DNA of 42,109 bases from an uncultured Elusimicrobium sp. GTDB lineage: Bacteria > Elusimicrobiota > Elusimicrobia > Elusimicrobiales > Elusimicrobiaceae. The notes beneath the pieces were generated by a model that saw only the letters and a list, made by a program, of their open reading frames with translations, was not told the origin of the DNA and did not search any database. The translations under genes and the position numbers were made by a program. Position 1 is the first letter of the stretch. Every line of letters starts with the position of its first letter. The stretch spans positions 1 through 42,109 of the forward strand of contig CACZKQ010000010.1 of assembly GCA_902781765.1 (NCBI GenBank), given 5' to 3'. This document shows, in pieces, positions 35,158 through 42,109 of the stretch.

Positions 35158-36891
35158 ATGGAAAACGAAAATTTTGTTACGATTGAAGGTAAAAAAGTAG
35201 CCATTGAAGGCGAACGGAATTTATTGGAACTTATCCGCAAAGCAAATTTCAATATCGTTACATTCTGCTATCAGCCGGAATTAGCCATTTATGGCGCGTG
35301 CCGGTTGTGCTTAGTGGAAGTGGAAGGTATGGGAATTGTGGCTTCTTGTTGTGTAGCACCCAAAGCCGGTATGAAAGTCCGCATCAACAGCGACGAAATC
35401 CGCAACTTGCGCCGCATCAATTTGGAACTTTTACTGGCTTCCGGTAATCACAATTGTACTTTGTGCGGTAAATCCGGGAACTGCAAACTCCAAAAGCTAG
35501 CCAAAGATATGGGAATTAGTGAAATTCGCTACAAAGTCAAAAAACATACAAGCGAAATTGATGCTACTGCTCCGGCTTTGGTACGCGATAATAGCAAATG
35601 TATTTTATGCGGAAACTGCGTACGCACTTGTAATGAAGTGCAAGGGATTGGAGCGATTGATTTTGCATTCCGCGGTTATAAAGCTAAAATTGCCACTGCG
35701 TTTAATAAGGATATGGTTGAAAGCCATGAATGCGTGTCTTGCGGTCAGTGTGCGCGTGTCTGCCCAACGGGTGCTTTGATGCCCAATTCTTCGGAAATTG
35801 AAGACGTGTATAAGGCGATCAATAATCCGGATAAAAAAGTAGCCGTACATATTGCCCCCGCGGTGCGTGTAGGTTTAGGCGAAGTTTTTGGTATTAAGCC
35901 CGGGATTTCTGTAGACGGTAAGATTGCCGCTGCACTTCGTATGCTGGGTTTTGATTATGTATACGATACTTCGTTCGCGGCCGATTTAACCATTGTGGAA
36001 GAAGCAACGGAATTTATTGAACGCTTTACTAAAAAAGACCACTTGCCGCAACTTACCAGCTGTTGCCCGGCGTGGGTCAATTATGTGGAAAAATTCGTGC
36101 CGGAATTCATTCCTAATTTATCCAGCGCGCGTTCCCCCATGCAAATGATGGGCCCAGTTCTCAAAGCCGATTTTGAAGAACGCGGCGGCAAACGCGAAGA
36201 TTTAGTAGTTGTAGCCATTATGCCGTGTTCGGCTAAGAAAATGGAAGCCAAATTGGATAAATTCTACGTGGACAAAAACCCCGATACCGACCATGTGGTT
36301 ACCACAGTAGGGCTTGCCCACATGATTAAGGCGGCCGGGATTGATTTTGCCAATTTGCCCGACGAAGAATTTGACAAACCGTTTGGTACTAAAACAGGCG
36401 GTGGGGTGATTTTTGGTGCTTCCGGCGGTGTCATGGAAGCGGCCTTGCGTTATGCGGCCGCGGAATTGGATCCCAAACGTCAAGGACGCGTCATTTTTGA
36501 AAGCTTGCGTGAAACGAAAGAATTTCGCGAAGCGGAACTTAACATCGGGGATATTAAAATCCGTGTAGCGGTAACCAGCGGGCTTCGCAACGCACGTAAA
36601 TTATTAGAAGATGTACGAGCCGGGAAAGCTCATTACGACTTTATTGAAGTGATGTCTTGCCCGGGCGGTTGTGTGGCCGGTGCGGGGCAACCTCAATATG
36701 AAGGTTGGAAAATCCGCAAAGAACGCGCACAAGGTTTGTATGCCGAAGACGCAAAATTGGCGTACAAATCGCAAGATAACAAAGAAGTAATGGCTTTGTA
36801 TGGTCACGTGCTGGATAAGATCGGTGGCAAAAAAGCGCACCAACTCTTGCATACGCACTATACGGACCGGAAAGACAGAACGGGTAAATAG
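35158..36891 (+). CDS. hydA: [FeFe]-hydrogenase catalytic subunit (group A3, electron-bifurcating type)
   Basis: H-cluster motifs TSCCPAW, MPCSAKK, EVMSCPGGC; N-terminal Fe-S domains; start ATG 35158 after GGGAG. Confidence 0.93.
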   Translation: MENENFVTIEGKKVAIEGERNLLELIRKANFNIVTFCYQPELAIYGACRLCLVEVEGMGIVASCCVAPKAGMKVRINSDEIRNLRRINLELLLASGNHNCTLCGKSGNCKLQKLAKDMGISEIRYKVKKHTSEIDATAPALVRDNSKCILCGNCVRTCNEVQGIGAIDFAFRGYKAKIATAFNKDMVESHECVSCGQCARVCPTGALMPNSSEIEDVYKAINNPDKKVAVHIAPAVRVGLGEVFGIKPGISVDGKIAAALRMLGFDYVYDTSFAADLTIVEEATEFIERFTKKDHLPQLTSCCPAWVNYVEKFVPEFIPNLSSARSPMQMMGPVLKADFEERGGKREDLVVVAIMPCSAKKMEAKLDKFYVDKNPDTDHVVTTVGLAHMIKAAGIDFANLPDEEFDKPFGTKTGGGVIFGASGGVMEAALRYAAAELDPKRQGRVIFESLRETKEFREAELNIGDIKIRVAVTSGLRNARKLLEDVRAGKAHYDFIEVMSCPGGCVAGAGQPQYEGWKIRKERAQGLYAEDAKLAYKSQDNKEVMALYGHVLDKIGGKKAHQLLHTHYTDRKDRTGK

Positions 36892-36915
36892 TTTTTGTCT
36901 GTTCCATTTCAAAAG

Positions 36916-36947
36916 GGGAACCGTGAAAAGACGGTTCCCTATTTTTT
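36916..36947 (+). terminator. Intrinsic terminator of the hyd operon
   Basis: GGGAACCGT/ACGGTTCCC plus T-tract. Confidence 0.85.
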
Positions 36948-37012
36948 ATGTCTAAAAGTTATATATTTGCTACAATGGCAGTAAGAGGCACTATTTCCAG
37001 AGGTGACAATTT

Positions 37013-37921
37013 ATGAAAAAAGTAATTTTGATGTTGTGTATGTTTGGATTATTAACCGGTTGTACCAACAAGGAACAAAACCAAAAAATTATTTCGTTTT
37101 GGACACAGCAAGTTATGGAAGCTCAAATGGCGTTAATGGCAAAAACGTTGAAGGGGGCTTCTTTGCCGCCTGATTTAATGGCTTCCATGAAAGAAATGGG
37201 GAAGGATCCGTTGGCCGAAAAAACGGAAAATCCTGAAATAGCTCCCGTAGCTAAAAAAGCAGCTCCCGTAGCAACTCCTAAAGTGCAAGATCCGATTCCG
37301 GCGCAGTTGTTTTTGTCTGATAGCTGCGGCTGGTGTCAGAAATTAAAACGGAGCGGATTTCCGAGTAAATTTAAAAAGAAATACAGTGGTGAAGTGGATT
37401 TGAAAATATATGAAGTCCATTCAGCGGAAGGAAGCCGAGAATTTTCCAGAGCGGTTAAGAAACATAAACTAAGCGGGGGGGTCCCGTTGATGATTATTGG
37501 AAGTTCCGTAATTCCCGGATATTCCGATAATATGATGGCGATAGCAGATGAAAAAGTACGTTTGGAACTTAAAAAACGTGGCCCGGTAGCAACAGGTCCT
37601 GCGGTAGTATCCATTACGATGGAAGATGATAAGATCGCCGGGCCCGCTTCTGATGCGGACAAAGCAAAAATGAAAAGATATCTTTCTCAAGTACGTGAAA
37701 ACAATGAAGCCACTCTTTATTCGCTAAGTTCTATGTTTGCCAATAAACAAATATGGGATGAAGCGTTGGCGATTATCACTAAGACGGAAAATCAGCTTAA
37801 GCGCGTGGCGAATGTAAGCTCTAGTTACGAAGCTTTTACAAAAGCAGCCAAACCATTGGAACAATCACAACAGCAACAAATTGAAGCTTTGATTCGGCAG
37901 AATGTAAAGAAAATTCGCTAG
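37013..37921 (+). CDS. Lipoprotein with thioredoxin/glutaredoxin-like domain
   Basis: Lipobox LTGC; CGWC; GVP..IIG..GY. Confidence 0.75.
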   Translation: MKKVILMLCMFGLLTGCTNKEQNQKIISFWTQQVMEAQMALMAKTLKGASLPPDLMASMKEMGKDPLAEKTENPEIAPVAKKAAPVATPKVQDPIPAQLFLSDSCGWCQKLKRSGFPSKFKKKYSGEVDLKIYEVHSAEGSREFSRAVKKHKLSGGVPLMIIGSSVIPGYSDNMMAIADEKVRLELKKRGPVATGPAVVSITMEDDKIAGPASDADKAKMKRYLSQVRENNEATLYSLSSMFANKQIWDEALAIITKTENQLKRVANVSSSYEAFTKAAKPLEQSQQQQIEALIRQNVKKIR

Positions 37922-37927
37922 GTTGAT

Positions 37928-38347
37928 ATGCGAACGGGAACGCTGTTTTTGTTTGCTTGTTTGTTGCTAGGAATCGCTTTGCTTGTTGGTTTATGGAGTT
38001 GGCCTTCTTATCAACATCAGCGGCAAATTAAGTCCGGTCAGCAGGCGGCAGAGTTGGGTGCGCAATTGGCGTTTATGGAAAATATGTACTATGAACGTAC
38101 CGGCGATTTTACGGCGGATTTTTCCCGGTTGGAGCCTTTTTTAGAAACGCAAATTCCTTGCCCGCTATCCCAAAGTCCCTATTATTGTGAAGGATATGTT
38201 TATACGTTGGAGCAGTCCAATTGGTTGCTGGCATCTTTCCAAAAAGATCCGGAAAAGTATATTGCCTTTGACCTCAAAAATGGCACAGTAGATTGTTCGC
38301 ACGCGCCCGGCAATTTGGAAGCGTTACCAATTTGTTCCTCTTTGTGA
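37928..38347 (+). CDS. Pilin-like membrane-anchored protein
   Basis: N-terminal hydrophobic helix, P.YQ, E..YY..TG.F..DF..L, paired Cys; lacks a clear prepilin cleavage motif. Confidence 0.5.
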   Translation: MRTGTLFLFACLLLGIALLVGLWSWPSYQHQRQIKSGQQAAELGAQLAFMENMYYERTGDFTADFSRLEPFLETQIPCPLSQSPYYCEGYVYTLEQSNWLLASFQKDPEKYIAFDLKNGTVDCSHAPGNLEALPICSSL

Positions 38348-38396
38348 GAAAATTTGCTAGGATAAAATTAGAATCTTAATTCAAGGAGATAAATAT

Positions 38397-38987
38397 ATGA
38401 AAAAGGTTGTACTTGGTTTACTGGTAATTCCTTTTGTATTTGCTTGTTCCCCCAGCGTAAAGCGCGTGGAAACAAATTTAGTCAAAGACGTCGGCGGCGG
38501 TTGGAATGATACCGACGCACAAATGGTTGCCCAAGAAATGATTACCGATTGTTTAAGCGGTGGTTGGTATAATAAATTTGTTACACGTAACGGTAAAGAA
38601 CCGGTTGTGATTGTGGGAACTGTAGTCAACAACTCTATGGAGCATATCAATACGGCGGTTTTTGTGGAAGAAATGCAACGTGCGCTTATCAATTCCGGAA
38701 AAGTGGAATTTGTAGCTTCTTCTGCAGAGCGGGGCGAAATCCGCACGGAACGGTTAGAACAGGATGAATTTGCCTCCGAAGAAACACGCAAAGCATTTGG
38801 CAAAGAAGTAGGCGCCGATTTTATGCTTAGCGGAGTGCTAAATTCCGTGGTGGATAAATCTGGCTCTAAAGCATTGGTGTTTTATCAAACGAACTTAAAA
38901 CTAATTAACATTGAAACGAACCAAATCGTTTGGAACGGACAGAAGCAAATTAAAAAATACGTTAAACGCAGTAAAGTTTCTTTCTAA
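38397..38987 (+). CDS. lpoB: Penicillin-binding protein activator LpoB-family lipoprotein
   Basis: Lipobox VFAC; V.NNSMEHINT, GADFMLSG, L.LINIET..IVW. Confidence 0.75.
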   Translation: MKKVVLGLLVIPFVFACSPSVKRVETNLVKDVGGGWNDTDAQMVAQEMITDCLSGGWYNKFVTRNGKEPVVIVGTVVNNSMEHINTAVFVEEMQRALINSGKVEFVASSAERGEIRTERLEQDEFASEETRKAFGKEVGADFMLSGVLNSVVDKSGSKALVFYQTNLKLINIETNQIVWNGQKQIKKYVKRSKVSF

Positions 38988-38997
38988 GGAATCATTT

Positions 38998-40308
38998 ATG
39001 AAGGCGCGTGTATACTTGTTGGGGCTGATTGTTTTTTGCTCCGCGTGTGCGGCGCCTTCTTTGCGTTATAAAGCGGAAGTAAATAAATTGGTGGCGGCCG
39101 GTAAATTCCAAGAAGCTGATAACTTGATTTCCTCTAAACGGAAAAAAATGTACGGTAAGCAGGATAATGCTCTTTTCTATTTAGATCGTTCGGTCGTTTT
39201 GCATGATGCGCAGGAGGCTATTCAAAGTGATTTTTTCCTTTCCCAGGCGCAAGACCGGATAGAAGAACTTTATACCAAAAGTGCCACTAAACAAGTCGGT
39301 CGTCTTTTAATTAACGATTTAACCGCTCCTTACGAGATGGGTGCTTATGAACGTGCGTTCACCTATTTTTACCGGGCTATGAACTTTTTGCAACAGGATA
39401 AGCTTATGGACGCCGCGGTAGAAGCGCGTAAAGCAGTTTTCTTTTTGGATCAATTGCGCGGCAGTAAAAAAAGCGGATACCGGGATGATCCTTTTGTGCA
39501 ATATTTTTCCAGCTTGATTTTTGAATCAGTCGGCCAGCGTTCAGATGCGCGTATCGCCCGAGAAAATGCCTTGAATGCATATGCTAATTTTGGGGAAAAA
39601 CTAAAAGTAAGTGCTCCGGAATTTTCAATCCCAGCCAATGCGGCCGAATTGGGAGAAGTGATTGTTGTGCATTATAATGGCCTTTTACCCCTGAAAAAGA
39701 ATGCTACCATTCAGGTGGCTTGGGACCGAATTATGTCTATCGTTTCTGCACAACACGAGAACCGTTCTTCCCTTTCCCCAGAGGTGGAAAATGCAATCAC
39801 GGCCGGTTGGATGGGCCACGCAGTTACACTTTCTTACCCAGTATTAGAGCCGCAACATTATACAATTGCATCTTCTTTTGTAGAAGCCGGTGGCCAAACC
39901 TATCCTACGCAAAAAGTGGCCGATTTAGCGGCCGCGGCGAAAGTGGATTTGGAAGAAAGAATGCCGGGAATTTGGTTTCGTACGGCTGCCAGGGCTGTAG
40001 CCAAACAGATTGCGGCAGAACAAGCCCGTAAAGCGGCTAAATCCGCTACTAAGGAAGAAGCTTGGGGTGATTTAGCAGGGTTAATCGTTAATATTTTTGG
40101 AGCGGCCGTTGAAAAAGCAGATACGCGCCAATGGTTTACCTTGCCGGCAGAAGTGCGCATGACGCGTTTATTTGTAAATCCGGGTGTACAAAATATACGG
40201 ATACTGTTTCGCAATAGAAATGGTAATATAGTAGAGGAACATATTTTTGAAAACGTAGAATTGCAACGTGGCGGAAGAGTATTTTTACATGTTCGTACCG
40301 CTCGTTAG
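38998..40308 (+). CDS. TPR-like lipoprotein (COG3014-like)
   Basis: Lipobox CSAC; AAVEARKA, ADTRQWFTLP; start moved to ATG 38998 after AAGGA. Confidence 0.7.
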   Translation: MKARVYLLGLIVFCSACAAPSLRYKAEVNKLVAAGKFQEADNLISSKRKKMYGKQDNALFYLDRSVVLHDAQEAIQSDFFLSQAQDRIEELYTKSATKQVGRLLINDLTAPYEMGAYERAFTYFYRAMNFLQQDKLMDAAVEARKAVFFLDQLRGSKKSGYRDDPFVQYFSSLIFESVGQRSDARIARENALNAYANFGEKLKVSAPEFSIPANAAELGEVIVVHYNGLLPLKKNATIQVAWDRIMSIVSAQHENRSSLSPEVENAITAGWMGHAVTLSYPVLEPQHYTIASSFVEAGGQTYPTQKVADLAAAAKVDLEERMPGIWFRTAARAVAKQIAAEQARKAAKSATKEEAWGDLAGLIVNIFGAAVEKADTRQWFTLPAEVRMTRLFVNPGVQNIRILFRNRNGNIVEEHIFENVELQRGGRVFLHVRTAR

Positions 40309-40317
40309 GAGGAACTT

Positions 40318-41253
40318 ATGAAAAAATTAGTAGTACTATTGACTGCGGCCGGGTTGTGCGCTTGTTCCGGGCTTAACAAAAATACCGTATCGTATCATGC
40401 CAATAAATACGATAATGCCAAGTACTATGTCGTAGCAGGGGAAGGACGTAGCAAGGCGGAAGCTTCCCAAAATGCACTGGATAATTTGCAACGGGAGATT
40501 ACGCAAAATGCTCCGGCCGCTGCACAACGTGGAATCGTAAATGATTTAGTGGCTAATAGCGAAGTGGACAAAGTGTGGCGTGATAAAGATGCTTCCGGAA
40601 AACATTATTATGCGTTAGCGGTACTTCGCCGGGATAATGCCCATAAGATTTTAGCTCCGCAAATGGATCAAGCCGATACTCAGTTAGCTGGGTTAGCGGC
40701 GCAATTTTCCACTCCGGCAGATCCCTTGGCGGATTTGCGTATTGCGTATCGCATGCAGCCGGTTATTACGCGTCGTCAGGCATTAGATGAGGCTTATCAG
40801 CTTTTATCGGCTCAGCGTGCTAGCTATAAACCGGAAGTATTTGCCCCTTATAAAGATGCACTTAAGGAAAAATTAGCTGCTGTTTTAGTAGGCATTGATG
40901 TGGAAGGTAAAGAAAGCCAAGTGATGGTAAGCTATGTGGTAGATGCCCTTAATCAAATGGGATTAGGCGTGGTGGATATTAGTGACCCGGATAAAGTATT
41001 GACTGTGGAAATTCAAACAGATATTGATGGTTATAATTCCCCTAAAGTCAAAGGTTTAGTTTGGGTATCAAGTAGTGCTGCCATTAGTTTAATTGATGCC
41101 ACAAAGGGAGTTACTTTTTCCCGTTTCAATGTTTACGAACGTGCCGGAACCACCCGTTCTGCGGATTCGTTGCGGCGCAGTATGCAAGCCGCCGGCGAAC
41201 AGGCCGCCAAGCAAATTGCAGCGCGGTTAGAAGCGTATTTAAACACTAAATAA
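40318..41253 (+). CDS. LPP20-like lipoprotein
   Basis: Lipobox LCAC; G.G.S..EA..NAL, YYALAVL. Confidence 0.6.
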   Translation: MKKLVVLLTAAGLCACSGLNKNTVSYHANKYDNAKYYVVAGEGRSKAEASQNALDNLQREITQNAPAAAQRGIVNDLVANSEVDKVWRDKDASGKHYYALAVLRRDNAHKILAPQMDQADTQLAGLAAQFSTPADPLADLRIAYRMQPVITRRQALDEAYQLLSAQRASYKPEVFAPYKDALKEKLAAVLVGIDVEGKESQVMVSYVVDALNQMGLGVVDISDPDKVLTVEIQTDIDGYNSPKVKGLVWVSSSAAISLIDATKGVTFSRFNVYERAGTTRSADSLRRSMQAAGEQAAKQIAARLEAYLNTK

Positions 41254-41267
41254 AAGGAGATTTATAA

Positions 41268-41975
41268 ATGAAGAAAATTATTTTTTTAATGCTTTTAGTA
41301 ACCCCTGTTTTATTACAGGCAGAAGAACCTACAGCGCCGTCTACCGCTACGCCGGACGTTTCGGCACAAAATGATTTAGCAGAACGTAATAAAATGCTTT
41401 ATTCATTGGGCTTTTTGTTAGGGGATAATTTGAAAAAGCAGTTGGTGTTAGATAATGAAGATGATTACAAAGCATTATCTCAAGGGATGCGCGATAGTTT
41501 GTTGAATAAAAAATCGCAAACAGATGTGGAAAAGTATAAACCGCAAATTATTCAAAAATATCAAGAAGATGCTAAGAAAATTTTTGCTAAACGGGAAGCC
41601 GAACAACAAGAGTTTTTAACAAATTTTCAAAAAGAAAAGGGTGTAAAAACATTGGATAATGGTGCCATGATTAAATTATCTAAACCGGGCAAAGGGAAAG
41701 CTCCTAAGGCAGATAGCACCGTAAAAGTGCATTACACAGGTACGTTAATTGACGGAACAAAGTTTGACAGTTCCCGGGATCGCGGCGAGGCCTTTCAAAC
41801 ACGTTTAACGGATGTGATTTCTTGTTGGACGAAGGCCGTTCAGCAAATGAAACCCGGGGCTCGGGCTCAGGTCGTTTGTCCTCCCGATACGGCGTACGGG
41901 AATCGTCCGGTCGGGCAGATTCCACCAAATTCCGCGCTCGTTTTTGATGTGGAATTAGTGGAAGTGGTAAAATAA
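41268..41975 (+). CDS. fkpA: FKBP-type peptidyl-prolyl isomerase (FkpA/Mip-like)
   Basis: Signal peptide, YSLG N-domain, VKVHYTGTLIDGTKFDSS, IPPNSALVFDVEL. Confidence 0.88.
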   Translation: MKKIIFLMLLVTPVLLQAEEPTAPSTATPDVSAQNDLAERNKMLYSLGFLLGDNLKKQLVLDNEDDYKALSQGMRDSLLNKKSQTDVEKYKPQIIQKYQEDAKKIFAKREAEQQEFLTNFQKEKGVKTLDNGAMIKLSKPGKGKAPKADSTVKVHYTGTLIDGTKFDSSRDRGEAFQTRLTDVISCWTKAVQQMKPGARAQVVCPPDTAYGNRPVGQIPPNSALVFDVELVEVVK

Positions 41976-42109
41976 TGTCAAAAACCAGTTACTTTTTTAT
42001 AGCTGTAATCGTAACCGCGCTCTTATTTATGAGCGCGGTTCGCGGTTATCAGTTTTATGCCAAGCGGGTCGCCGAGCAGCAGGAAGAGTATGACAATCGG
42101 ACGCAACCC
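41975..42109 (+). CDS. Membrane-anchored hypothetical protein, truncated by the window edge
   Basis: ATG overlapping the upstream TAA; MSKTSYFFIAVIVTALLFMSAVRGYQFY.. open to the end. Confidence 0.55.
   Translation, partial: MSKTSYFFIAVIVTALLFMSAVRGYQFYAKRVAEQQEEYDNRTQP

Noticed and set aside
33334-41928. Numerous short alternative-frame and antisense ORFs, and extended starts at 35107 and 38911
   Set aside because: They lie within well-supported genes; the downstream ATGs with an RBS fit better.

Overview
AT-rich bacterial chromosomal window. The gene style suggests an anaerobic Elusimicrobiota-like host, but that is an inference only. Host genes flank a tRNA-His(GUG) at 4943-5020, whose 3' end is an integration hotspot. 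Two integrative elements sit there in tandem. Element A (~5015-12342) carries a large serine recombinase (LSR), a small helical protein, a stand-alone HsdR_N-type nuclease, an ABC-ATPase/TOPRIM gene and a Dam-type methylase. Element B (~12335-21240) carries an LSR, a rolling-circle-type Rep fused to an excisionase HTH, a homologous small protein, a second HTH and a single-chain R-M-S enzyme. The junctions share the core ACCCCATA (5015, 12335, 21232), and a fourth att-like relic lies at 22536. The most striking observation is that this core is read in-frame as Trp-Gly inside the 3' end of both integrase genes. Integration therefore cuts off each integrase's C-terminal tail and leaves it at the far end of the element, where it is still an open frame with conserved motifs. 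Excision would rejoin it, and tandem integration swaps tails between elements. By manual scan both elements lack GATC, and both contain large nested hairpins. Host regions encode an apparently catalytically dead metallophosphoesterase, tandem MntP, serine dehydratase, ankyrin and dCache-GGDEF-EAL proteins, GT2, a deacetylase, IspH, Pfk, RlmB, a trimeric group A3 [FeFe]-hydrogenase, an LpoB lipoprotein cluster and an FKBP PPIase.
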